A stretch of DNA of 64,000 nucleotides from Octopus sinensis (Eukaryota). The stretch lies in contig NC_043009.1 of NCBI RefSeq assembly GCF_006345805.1, positions 64,728,001-64,792,000 of the forward strand, in the 5' to 3' direction. The position numbers and the translations under genes were made by a program. Under the pieces are notes generated by a model. The model was given only the letters and a program-made list of their open reading frames with translations, was not told where the DNA came from and ran no database searches. Position 1 is the stretch's first letter; each line of letters starts with the position of its first letter. Below are positions 51,701-64,000 of the stretch, piece after piece.

Positions 51701-52829
51701 TCACTTAGGGAGAATGGAGGACTGCATGACTCCAATCATCATCATCATTGTTCGACCGTGGTCGAGACAATGGAATTTACCATGCTACGCCAGACTTCAC
51801 GGTCCATCATGGCATTACGGAGGTCCTGTTGCTGGATGCCTGTATTCCTGGAGATTACATCAGGGTAGGAGAGTGTGCGCCCTCTGGTATTGCGAGTAGA
51901 TGGCTTCCAGAGGAGAAGAGTAGAAATTACTTCTTTTTCAGCTCTACAACAATGTCCAGCAAAGTATGACTCCTGTATAAGGCACCAAGGAATGGAAAGC
52001 ATCTCACAAACCTGAGCTGAAGTTCAAATATTGCATAAAAGTCATCATCCTCATCATTTAACGTCTGTTGTCCATGCTGGCATGGGTTGGTCAGTTTGAC
52101 CAGGGCTGATACACTGGAAGGCTGCACCAGACTCCAGTCTGATTTGGCATGGTTTTCTACGGCTTGATGCCCTTCCTAATGCCAACCACTCCGAGAGATT
52201 ATTGGGTGTTTTTATGTGCCACTAACATGGGTGCCATTTGCATGACACTGGCACGGGTTCCAATTTGTGTGACACCGGTATCTGCTACAATTATGAAAAA
52301 AGCTAACATCTTAGAAAAGGACTGGAATGAAACTGCAACAGATTGAGCAAGAAGAAGGAAAGCAATCCCTCTCTCTCTTTTTTTTTTCTCTTTTACTTCT
52401 TTCAGTCATTTGACTGTGGCCATGCTGGAGCACCACCTTTAGTCAAGCAAATCGACCCCAGGACTTATTCTTTGAAAGCCTAGTACTTATTCTATCGGTC
52501 TCTTTTGCCGAACCGTTAAATTACGGAGACGTAAACACACCAGCATCAATTGCCAAGTGATGTTGGGGGTACAAACACAGACACACACACATACGTATAT
52601 ACGACGGGCTTCTTTCAGTTTCTGTCTACCAAATCTACTCATAAGGCTTTGGTCAGCCCAAGACTATAGTAGAAGACACTTGCCCAAGGTGTCACGCAGC
52701 GGGAATGAACCCGGAACCATGTGGTTGGGAAGCGAGCTACTTACCACACAGCCACTCCTGTGCCAATGTAACAGAAATGAGAAGTTCAATATAGATTGAA
52801 AAAAAAAAAAAGCCACTAAAAGTTGAAGA

Positions 52830-53235
52830 GGTAAGCTAGAAAGGGTGTGGTCATTTTCAGGAAATATGAATGACCAGAGTGAACAGATATGCAATGAATG
52901 TGGGCGGGTCAGCTTCAACAGAACATAGCTGAAAAACTTCAAAAGAAACTATATATAGAGAGTTGACTTGGTCTGCAGTAAACACAGCATGACAACATGC
53001 TATGAATGTGCCAAGGTTTGCCTATCAGCTGGAGGGGCATGAAACAACATATCAAAGTGCATGATGACTAATGAGTGGTTCCTCTTGTTGGAGGTGATCG
53101 TGTATGTACCATGTGTACCAAGGAGTGTAGGTCACTTGGTGACCTGAAAAGTCACACTTGTGTTGCACACACATAAGACCAATTCTGAAATGTTTCAAGT
53201 GAATGTTATGCTCGAGATTGAAGAAGCAGCTATTA
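52830..53235 (+). pseudogene. Decayed C2H2 zinc-finger tail, probably the 3' end of an RTE-type LINE
   Basis: ICNECGRV..., TCYECAKVCLSAGG..KQHIKVH and VCTMCTKECRSLGDLKSH, followed by a short tail into (TA)n. Confidence 0.5.
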
Positions 53236-53351
53236 TATATATATATACCGGAGTAAACACATAAATGTGAAACAAGGTGGAAAAAAGAGTACTCAAATAC
53301 CAGAGGTAGAGTAATATGCTTTATTTAAAAGCAGCAGAAATATGACAAAAG

Positions 53352-53389
53352 CTGTTACCCAGAGTTTCCCGTTCCCGTTCATCGGACAG
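53352..53389 (-). ncRNA. Minimal hammerhead-like motif (CCGATGA core variant)
   Basis: Minus strand CTGT-CCGATGA-ACG ggaa CGG-GAAAC-TCTGG-GTA-ACAG. Perfect 4-bp stem I, stem III ACTC-T-GGGT, GUA triplet. Mismatch at the base of stem II. Confidence 0.58.
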
Positions 53390-53537
53390 TTTTTTAACAA
53401 ACGCAGTATTTATACTTTAAGTCTAGTAGTTATTCCATCAGTCTCTTCAACCAAACTGCTTCGATATGGGGAGATAAACAAACCAACAGCAGTTGTCAAA
53501 TGATAAAGCAGGGAGAAACACAGATACATACATATGC

Positions 53538-53568
<31 letters not shown>

Positions 53569-53745
53569 ATGGGCCTCCATAAGGTATCAGCCTACCAAAT
53601 CCACTCAGGAAGCAACGCTCAGCCCACGGCTACAGTTGAAAAAACTTTCCCAAGATGCTGCACAATATATACATATATATCTAGACATTTTTTCCTCCAC
53701 CTCTACATACTTTTGGTTCTCTCCATCTGTTTTCTATCCTCATTC

Positions 53746-53781
53746 CTTTCTGCAAAAGAGCATAGGCTTGAAACATCAAAG
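53746..53781 (+). ncRNA. Decayed hammerhead-like motif, same family as 38305-38340
   Basis: CTTT-CTGCAAA-A-GAGC atag GCTT-GAAAC-ATC-AAAG. Confidence 0.35.
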
Positions 53782-54206
53782 ACTCTTCCATTTGTTCTTG
53801 AGTGTCAAACTAATACACCCACCTTGTTTGTAGTACCCTCACCTGTCTCTGTTTTGTTTTGTGTGTTTTTTGTACAATTTTGAAATATCCAGGCTATCAG
53901 TTGTTGCTACACATCACTGGTCACAATGCGCTTTGCATTGTTTTAGCCTTCAAATAACACCACCCCGCTGGCTAAGCGAGCAGGCCAACAGAAGAAAGAG
54001 TGAGAGAAAGTTGTGGCGAAAGAGTACAACAGGGATTGCCACCACCTCCTGCAGGAGTCTCGTGGAGCTTTTTAGGTATTTTTGCTCAATAAACACTCCC
54101 AATGCCCAGTCTGGGAATTGAAACCACGTTCCTACAACCGCGAGTCCGCTGCCCTAACCACTGGGCCATTGTGCCTCCACGAAATATATATATGTATATA
54201 TATATT

Positions 54207-54238
<32 letters not shown>

Positions 54239-54296
54239 ATACACATTTATATATACATATATATATATACATATATATATACATATATATATACAT

Positions 54297-54344
<48 letters not shown>

Positions 54345-55699
54345 CATGCATATACTTGTCTCTGATACCCAGTGAAGCCATCCCACATCTGGTAGGAATG
54401 TGTGTGTGTGTGTGTGTGGTGTGTGTGTGTGTGTGACATAGAAGATCCAGTTTGCTGCAATGTTATGAAGTTTTTGACAGATTAGTCATGGATTTATAGC
54501 AAACATTTTCTTCCTTTATTTTATTATTATTTTATTTATTTTTTTTTTTCCAATGAAAGTACTTTAAGTTTACAAGACTGACACATAACAACCAGTGTGC
54601 CATCATTATCTTGTCCAACCAGTACCAAAGAATTTTTAACAGCTAGCTTCCACCAGCACACCTAATATTTACAGTTGGAAGTAGGCACATAGCTTGTGTG
54701 TGTTTGTTAGTTATAACGAGATGTCATCTGAAATGGTCAGAAATACACAAAGGAAACAAAAGCTAATCAAATAAACTGCATTTGTTGTACTAATGATGTT
54801 CATTAATGGGTTTCCATTGGAAGCAGCCTACTTTGTACATGCATATGCAACAATGAAACGAAAGCAAAACTGATTTATGACCTAAATAATATAAGTATAA
54901 TAATACCTGTGTGGGTATTACATAGGTGAGAGAGAGCTCTATAACATGTTTGTTACGCTATATTAGAAATTATAAAAATGTATATTTTAAGTTACAAATA
55001 GGGAGAGAACTGTTGTTGTAGTTCACACACACACTTACATACAAATACAAAGGCTTGAAAATTGGAAAAAAATATAAAGGTAAATAAATAAACAAATAGA
55101 TATATAAATAAAGGAAATTACTTGTGGAAAATATTTCTGAACTCATAAATACAATTTAACGAAAGGAAGTTGTCAAACAAGATTTACAAGATACTTTTCT
55201 TATTGTCAATATATTTTTAAAATGTGTGTGTGTGTATGTGTGTAGTGTAGGTGTGTAGTGTATGTGTGTAGTGTGTGTGGTGTCTGTGTATTTCTCTGTG
55301 TTTGTGATATTAAGTTGCTTTGAATAGATCGGTATGAATAGAAAACAAACAAGTGATGATTTAGAGGTTTTCAGAGAGAAGTTTCAACTTGACGCCAGGT
55401 AAAAATAAGATGAAACGAAAGTACACGCCCACCCACACACACACACGGTTTTTCTTTCACTGGTTTCACTCAGTGTACCATAGCCATGTTATTCTGGTTA
55501 TATTAATACCATTATTTTACCTGGTACTTATTGTGTCTTACTATCAAGAAGAGGCGGCAAAGTCAGTCTGCCTGTCTGTATCAGTGTCTTTCCTGCCTTC
55601 ACACATCCATTACATTCAACACTCATGTCACCCTACGACGGGGAAGACAGTCTGAAGAAAGTCTTCCCACAGCACTTCTTGATGTGAGTGGGACACCAC

Positions 55700-56105
55700 C
55701 ACCCCCGAGGCAAGTGGTGGGGATTAAGTATCTTGGGCTCATAGGAGGCATAAGGTTGAGTTAGATGCTAGAATTGCAGATGCTGGCGACACAGTGATGA
55801 GCCAGTTTCATCACTCAACCCTCAGAAGAGGAGAGGTTTGTAAAAAGCCAAACTCGTTATCTTTAATCCAGTTCCCATGCTTAGTCTCATCAATGGTTAT
55901 GAATGACGAGTAACAACTGAAAGAGTACATTCAGGAACAGAAGCAGACTAAATGGGGTTCGGACAAAGAGTCTCTAGAGTAACATTCATTAACAGGGTGC
56001 ATAGCTTAGAAACCAAGAAGTCTCTCTACATTGAGCTGCTATTTCTCCACATTGAGAGGTCACAGCTCTGTTACTAAGGTCATGTGATTAAAATGTCACA
56101 GGAGA
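55700..56105 (+). pseudogene. RTE-clade LINE RT remnant
   Basis: With frameshifts reads IKYLG...ELDARIA...KAKLVIFNP...VMN..TERVHSG...GF...RVTFINRVHSLETKKSLYIELLFLHIERSQL..GHVIKM. Confidence 0.7.
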
Positions 56106-56169
56106 GAATATATATATATATGCATATACATATATATATATATACATATACACATATACACACACACAT

Positions 56170-56592
56170 AGATATATGCACACACACACACACACACACG
56201 CATACAAACATGCGCATGTATATGTATCCCACCCCAATGCTCACCCATCACACCCACAAGCAAGAATGTATTGGTTAGCATGTCCCATGCTTTTATTGAT
56301 TGTTTCAGGTGCCTCTGTAGTGACAAGCAGACACAGACACAGACACTCCCCATCAGCCCCTCCCACCCTTGACACAGAAGTACATCCAGACTGTGAAACA
56401 GCTGAAAGGAAAAGTACAGACAACCCCCCACCCTTACCCCCACCCGTTACCAGCTCCAGTTCAGTAAACTGGAGCAATGTGAATTGAAGTAAATGAAAGA
56501 CCTTGCTGAAGGTGCAGGAATCGAACCCATGGCCCAGTGATCATCCAACCGCTTCACACACGCAACATATGTATGTGTGCATGTGTATGTGA

Positions 56593-56628
<36 letters not shown>

Positions 56629-57806
56629 GTGTGTGTGTGTGTGTGTATTTAGTCTCTTTGAGAAAATAAGATGATGGCAGTTGAGCAAATGTCTTCCAGT
56701 TTAGCCCTGGGCCAATGAAAACCTTGTGACCAGATTTAGTAGGCAGAAACTGATAGAAGATGTGGGGTGGGGGGCACTGTAGACCAGTGTTGGTTTATAT
56801 CTCTGTAACTTAGCAGTTCAGCAATAAGAGATTGATAGAATAAGTACCAGACTTTAAAAAAGAATTAAGTCCTTGGTATGATTTGTTTGACTAAAACCCA
56901 CCAAGGCAGGACTCCAGCATGGCCATAGTCTAGTGACTGAATGCAGTAAAAGAGGAAAGATGTACCTTGTGTGTTTGTGTTCGTGCAATACACACACACA
57001 CACACAATAATGAAGTCAGTTACTTGATCAGTCTTAATTAATGATCATTATCAATTATCTGCAATGGCTTATATAAGGCTTTCTACTTTGATGGCTGATC
57101 ACTCTTTTATTCTTTTATTCTTCTACTTGTTTCAGTCATTTGACTGCAGCCATGCTGGAGCACCAGGTCTTATATTTTTAAGCCTAGTACTTATTCTATC
57201 AGTTTCTTTTGATGAACCACTAAGTTGTGGGGGTGTAAACACACCAACTTTGGGATAGTTGCTTTGAGTCCTATAGAGGTAGCTAGCTTGGTGAACTGAG
57301 GCAATGTTAACCGATCCAGCTGAGGCTTGAACACAGAACCTCAATGTGTATATGATCCAATGTAATCTATTTGGCCACTTTCACACACAAACACACACAC
57401 ACACACACACACACGCATACAAACATGCGCATGTATATGTATCCCACCCCAATGCTCACCCATCACACCCACAAGCAAGAATGTATTGGTTAGCATGTCC
57501 CATGCTTTTATTGATTGTTTCAGGTGCCTCTGTAGTGACAAGCAGACACAGACACAGACACTCCCCATCAGCCCCTCCCACCCTTGACACAGAAGTACAT
57601 CCAGACTGTGAAACAGCTGAAAGGAAAAGTACAGACAACCCCCCACCCTACCCCCACCCGTTACCAGCTCCAGTTCAGTAAACTGGAGCAATGTGAATTG
57701 AAGTAAATGAAAGACCTTGCTGAAGGTGCAGGAATCGAACCCATGGCCCAGTGATCATCCAACCGCTTCACACACGCAACATATGTATGTGTGCATGTGT
57801 ATGTGA

Positions 57807-57842
<36 letters not shown>

Positions 57843-58625
57843 GGTGTGTGTGTGTGTGTATTTAGTCTCTTTGAGAAAATAAGATGATGGCAGTTGAGCA
57901 AATGTCTTCCAGTTTAGCCCTGGGCCAATGAAAACCTTGTGACCAGATTTAGTAGGCAGAAACTGATAGAAGATGTGGGGTGGGGGGCACTGTAGACCAG
58001 TGTTGGTTTATATCTCTGTAACTTAGCAGTTCAGCAATAAGAGATTGATAGAATAAGTACCAGACTTTAAAAAAGAATTAAGTCCTTGGTATGATTTGTT
58101 TGACTAAAACCCACCGAGGCAGGACTCCAGCATGGCCATAGTCTAGTGACTGAATGCAGTAAAAGAGGAAAGATGTACCTTGTGTGTTTGTGTTCGTGCA
58201 ATACACACACACACACACAATAATGAAGTCAGTTACTTGATCAGTCTTAATTAATGATCATTATCAATTATCTGCAATGGCTTATATAAGGCTTTCTACT
58301 TTGATGGCTGATCACTCTTTTATTCTTTTATTCTTCTACTTGTTTCAGTCATTTGACTGCAGCCATGCTGGAGCACCAGGTCTTATATTTTTAAGCCTAG
58401 TACTTATTCTATCAGTTTCTTTTGATGAACCACTAAGTTGTGGGGGTGTAAACACACCAACTTTGGGATAGTTGCTTTGAGTCCTATAGAGGTAGCTAGC
58501 TTGGTGAACTGAGGCAATGTTAACCGATCCAGCTGAGGCTTGAACACAGAACCTCAATGTGTATATGATCCAATGTAATCTATTTGGCCACTTTCACACA
58601 CAAACACACACACACACACACACAC
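56170..58625. repeat. Near-perfect tandem duplication, ~1213-1215-bp unit x2
   Basis: Identical ORF-track peptides at 57064/58277 and 57132/58345 (offset 1213). The junctions fall in (CA)n. Confidence 0.97.
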
Positions 58626-59370
58626 TTACAGACTGCTTACTTATTTCATACATTTGGCTCGTTGCACACATCCAAACACACACTTAATGACCCTATTCAA
58701 AATAAATCTACTGTAACTCTATCACTCTCTCTCTCTCTTTCACTCACACACACACACACGCACACACAAATACTTACATACAAAGCTTTATGATTGTATT
58801 CAACACAATGCAGTGCATCTTCTCCCCACCCATTCACATACACAGATGATACATACCAGTACACACACCAGAGCTTTATGGCCCTGTTTTACTCAAAGTG
58901 ATGAATGCACAAACATAAATTCATACGCTATGACTCCAATCACTCTTACAATTACATAAACTGCCCGTATTATTATCTTGGTGAAAGTCAGAATACCTGT
59001 CAATATATTTCAATCGTTTTATGTATTCGTCAAGTTTCTTTTGCCAAGATATTATTTCTGTATCAATGGACACACCACACTGAAATCACCAGGTTGCCTT
59101 TAACCACCAGAGTTGAGTAATGTCAACCTGAGTTAGTACTTACATGGTTGATCACTCTTTTATTCTTTTACTTGTTTCAGTCATTTGACTGCGGCCATGC
59201 TGGAGCACCGTCTTGAAGGGTTTTAGTCGAACGAATCAACCCCAGGACTTACATTTTTTTAAGCCTAGTACTTATTCTATCAGTCTCTTTTGATGAACCA
59301 CTAAGTTGTGGGGGTGTAAACACTGGTTGTCAAGTGGTGATGGGGGTGGACAAACACAAACTCAAAGACC

Positions 59371-59425
<55 letters not shown>

Positions 59426-59799
59426 ATGTATATATATACACAGCAGGCTTCTTTCAGTTTCCGTCTACCAAATCCACTCACAAGGCTTTGATCGGCCCGA
59501 GGCTACAGTAGAAGACACTTGCGCAAGGTGCCACACAGTGGGACTGAACCCCAAATCATGTGGATGGGAAACAAGCTTCTTACCACACATTATAGGTGCA
59601 AATGTGGCCGTGCGGTAAGAAGCTTGCTTCCCAAACACATGGCTCCAGGTTCAGTCCCACTGTGTGGCTCCTTGCGCAAGTGTCTTCTACTATAGCCTCA
59701 GGCCAACCAAAGCACTATGAATGGATTTAGTCGATAGAAACTGAAAGAAGCCTGTCATATATATATATATATATGTATATAATGTATGTATGTGTGTGT

Positions 59800-59843
<44 letters not shown>

Positions 59844-62568
59844 TCATCATCATCATCATCGTTTAACGTCCACTTTCCATGCTAGCATGGGTTGGACGAT
59901 TTTGACTGAGGGCTGGCAAACCAGATGGTTGCACCAGGCTCCAATCTTGATCTGGCAGAGTTTCTACAGCTGGATGCCCTTCCTAACGCCAACCACTCCA
60001 AGAGTGTAGTGGGTGCTTTTTACATGCCACTGGCATGGGGGCCAGTTAGGCAGTACTGGCAATGACCTCGCTCGAATCTTTTTACACATGCCACCGGCAC
60101 AGGTGCCAGTAAGGCGACGCTGGTAACGATCATGCTCAAATGGTGCCTTTTACGTGCCACTGGCATGGAAGCCAGTTAGCCACTCTGGCAACGATCACGC
60201 TCGGATGGTGCTCTTGGTACCCTACTAGCATGGGCACAAGTGCCAGTAAGGTGATGCTGGTAACGATCACACTCGAATAGTGCTCTTTGCACCCCGATTA
60301 TTAATAACTTTGAAAATGGAGAGATTCACTGAACATAAATTCCTTTAAGGATACATCCATTTCTATCTTCTCCATTTTCCCAGTGTAATCTTATTTATCA
60401 CGTATGTAATAAAATAGTTTTCTTGTTATTCACAATGAGGATATTTAAACCTCTTATAGAGATAGTTTTATCCAAGGCAACCTGGTTTAATATATTATAT
60501 TCTGAAGAGATATTTCTTCAATATATGTATAGGTGCAGGTGTGACTGTGTGCTATGAAGCTTGCCTCCCAAACACATGGCTCTGGGTTCATTCCCATTGC
60601 ATGGTACCTTGGGCAGGTTCCTTCTACTATAGCCTCAGGCCAACCAACATCAGAATCAGAAAAAGAAAAAAGAAAACTGGTTCAAGCTGCTCTTTAGAAA
60701 AGATGTAGAATGTCACATAACCAGTGCTTGCCAGAAAATGCTCTGAAGACAAAGGGGATCATCTAGAAACATGTTTGTTTGACTTGTGAGAAATATCAGC
60801 CAAATATTTCTATTGTCTTCAAAGAATGAAATCTACGGGTCAACAGGGTATCTTCTACAATATATGAATTTATGCTAAAAGTTTGGTTTACTTTGCTTCT
60901 GCAATGCCTCACCATCTTAAATCCCAGTACCTTATCCAACTCCCACTACTACCAGTCACTAGAAGGAGATCTTGTTTGGGCAGAAGTAGCTGAAAACTTC
61001 CAGCTCAATTCTTTTCCTCCCTTTCTTATAGCTGCGCGTTTAGCTGATTTAGTCCCTCTTACAATCTTTCTCCCTCTTGAAAATATTTAATATAAATCCC
61101 TGGAATTAGGATTTCATTATTAAGGATTTCATCAGGGTACATGGCTAAGTTTTTAAGAGGCTCACTTTGCCAATTCTCATGCATGGCAACCTTGGGCAAC
61201 TCTGTGAATTAACTTGGGTGTATAGACACTGTAAGTGGATTGACAACTGTCAAAGGCCCAGCTTTATTAAATCACAATATTGTGCCTTGTTTTCTTGCAG
61301 TCTACTTTAACAGGGCAGATGTTAGTGAGAATGTTCAGTCATTTACACAACAAACAACAATAATGCAATTCGGTTGTCTGAGCAGCAGGAATTTATTTGT
61401 TGAAAGTGATACAAGATCTATTCATTCACTGATTTATAAGAAAACAAATTCAAAACACACATGATGTTAACCTGAATATTTGTCCTTTTAAGCTCTATTA
61501 CTTTTTTCTTTCTTTCTTTTCATTTAAAAGTGAATTTGTTAGCGTTGCATCACTGGCCCAAGTAATTAGATTCCCAAGTAATAAACTATAGAGTTGTTGA
61601 TCCAAGCTTATTCATCAACTATCATACAGTATCAACCAATGGTTATGACAATGGACTGTGACAGATTCAATACATATGCTAAATACACAAAAAAAATAGG
61701 TACCCTGGTGAAATGAGCTTAAATTCTCCATAATAAGTTGTGGGAGCACTGTACAAATGATGAAAGTTTTAGTAGTCTGCAGTCTTGCTAGACAGGTTAG
61801 AATATGTCTAATGTTTAATTAGTTTACTTATTTGAGTAATGAAACTACACCTGCTTTGCGTTAATCTAAAGAAGTGTTGAATGCTGTAGAGCAAAAGATT
61901 AAAATCCAGGTGAGTCAAAAACACAATGTTACTTTAATTGACTGTAGATGCAAGTTCATTCCTCTTATATACTCTTTTACTCTTTCACTTGTTTCAGTCA
62001 TTTGACTGCGGCCATGCTGGAGCACCGCCTTTAATCGAGCAACTCGACCCCGGGACTTATTCTTTTTGTAAGCCCAGTACTTATTCTATCGGTCTCTTTT
62101 GCCGAACCGCTAAGTGACGGGGACATAAACACACCAGCATCGGTTGTCAAGCAATGCTAGGGGGACAAACACAGACACACAAACAAACGCACACACATAT
62201 ATATATACATATATACGACGGGCTTCTTTCAGTTTCCATCTACCAAATTCACTCACAAGGCTTTGGTCGGCCCGAGGCTATAGTAGAAGATACTTGCCCA
62301 TGGTGCCACACAGTGGGACTGAATCCGGAACCATGTGGTTCATAAGCAAGCTACTTACCACACAGCCACTCCTGCCATAAATATATTTGCAATGGGGAAG
62401 GAAATCATCACCATATATTTCCTTCTCCTACTTCACCTTAAAGTAGAGACCACCTCTTTGTGTCTGGGCAAAAGAAGACAACACTGAATGAAAGGGAAAA
62501 GAAAATATTTAAACATTTTTTTACCAATCATTTAGAAATGTCAATATGACACAACTACCGTGGCTATT

Positions 62569-63388
62569 TATAAAGTATTTGTCTAAATACTGTCCTACGA
62601 CTTGTCATTACTTTCCCAAAATGAGAAATCACAGCTGATTTGTTGTGTACCAAGATCGTTGAAAGGACAATTCTATTGACTTCAGCTTGTTTGGTTTTGC
62701 TGAAGTATTTAACAAAAGCAAATTTTTAATATTCCTACATATCTACATACTGACTTCCTTGCCTCAAAAATACTGCCTCAGAAAAAATTGCCTCAAAATA
62801 TTGTCTCAAAAATATTGCCTCAGAAAATATTGCCTCAGAAATATTGCCTCAAAAATATTACCTCAGAAAAAATTGCTTCAGAAAATATTTATAAAGTATT
62901 TGTCTAAATACTGTCCTACAACTTGTCATTATTTTCCCAAAATGAGAAATCACAGCTGATTTGTTGTGTACCAAGATCGTTGAAAGGACAATTCTATTGA
63001 CTTCAGCTTGTTTGGTTTTGCTGAAGTATTCAACAACAAAAGCAAATTTTTAATATTCCTACATATCTACATTCCGACTTCCTTGCCTCAGAAAATTGCC
63101 TCAGAAAATATTGCCTCAAAAATATTGCCTCAGAAATATTGCCTCAAAAATATTACCTCAGAAAAAATTGCCTCAGAAAATATTTATAAAATATTTGTCT
63201 AAATATTGTCCTACAACTTGTCATTATTTTCCCAAAATGAGAAATCACAGCTGATTTGTTGTGTACCAAGATCGTTGAAAGGACAATTCTATTGACTTCA
63301 GCTTGTTTGGTTTTGCTGAAGTATTTAACAACAAAAGCAAATTTTTAATATTCCTACATATCTACATTCCGACTTCCTTGCCTCAGAA
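62569..63388. repeat. Tandem ~295-321-bp unit x2.7 with an internal ~15-bp sub-repeat (attgcctcagaaaat)
   Basis: The landmark ttgtttggttttgctg occurs at 62687, 63008 and 63303. Unit length varies with sub-repeat number. Confidence 0.95.
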
Positions 63389-64000
63389 GATCAATTACAT
63401 TAGTCATCATTCTTTGATACAACTTGCACCATTGCAATTTCTTATTCCTGCTCAGAGTTTATTCTCTCTCTAACACATAGATCTTACTTTGACTATAAAC
63501 AGTAACAACATTCAATTGATATTGATTTTTTCCTTTTTTTTTTTCAGTTTGTTTTCTTTTTTTTTATTAAAGACAAGGCCAAGAATTGATGTCTCTGAAT
63601 TATTTAATCTCCAAACAATTCTCCATTTTCCTGTGCCAATCCTATCTATTTTTCTTAGCGATTCATGTATTCAACTACTTCAATAAGTAATGGTGAAAGC
63701 GATGCTTTGCTGAAGATATCAGAAAACAATAAATACATGTCATTCTAAGTAATTAAACCCAGATCAGAACCTAGTGCAGTTCCCCGACATACCAGTTTTC
63801 AGTCAAACTGTCCAACCCATGCCAGCATGGAAAACGGATGTTAAATGATGATGATGATGATGATGATGATTTATTCAAATCAGTGTCTGCAACTTGAATG
63901 TTACATACATGCAGCTGTGGCTAAAGGTGTAGGCATAGCTAAAGACACAGATGTGGCTGCGTGGTTAAGAAGCTTGCTTCTTGACCATGTGGTCTTGGGT

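Larger units (their letters stand above)
53245..53880. mobile_element. Two divergent Penelope-type pLTR fragments separated by a SINE piece
   Basis: Minus fragment 53245-53500 (hammerhead at 53352) starts at (TA)n. Plus fragment 53690-53880 (hammerhead-like at 53746). Confidence 0.5.

Noticed and set aside
51221-51868. Plus-strand Lys-rich ORFs
   Set aside because: Better explained as the antisense of a Penelope-type tail plus a flanking SINE; stops interrupt the frame.
60872-61090. 72-aa ORF or a candidate GIPC first exon
   Set aside because: No GIPC N-terminal motif in any minus frame and no recognisable homology.
61095-61145. Hammerhead on the minus strand (CTGATGA...GAAA)
   Set aside because: Stem II is only 2 bp and stem I does not pair.

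Overview
Eukaryotic, AT-rich, microsatellite- and SINE-dense genomic DNA. The repeat landscape suggests an octopus/coleoid cephalopod (inference, not tested). One host gene is present: GIPC (PDZ adaptor, GH1-PDZ-GH2) on the minus strand. Four coding exons (36777-36408, 28163-28060, 9759-9678, 6467-6286) join in frame through GT-AG introns to give the C-terminal 245 aa. I could not find the N-terminal exon(s); they probably lie beyond 64000. The rest is intron or 3' flank, filled with tRNA-derived and RTE-tailed SINEs (some in 184-bp tandem arrays), CR1, RTE, R4 and Penelope retroelement remnants, mariner/Tc1/hAT/Helentron-type DNA elements, an 87/88-bp minisatellite, a 1.2-kb tandem duplication and several long foldbacks. 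The most interesting signal is a set of at least ten hammerhead-ribozyme-like motifs of the Penelope pLTR type. Two have an intact catalytic core: one at 50117-50175 inside a ~408-nt direct-repeat unit (retrozyme-like), and one at 10555-10599 inside an 800-bp cassette whose inverted arms also carry decayed hammerheads. A third (40977-41036) is embedded in an 84-bp-arm hairpin that would compete with its fold. All alignments and folds were done by eye; no searches or folding programs were run. Repeat boundaries are approximate unless termini are quoted.
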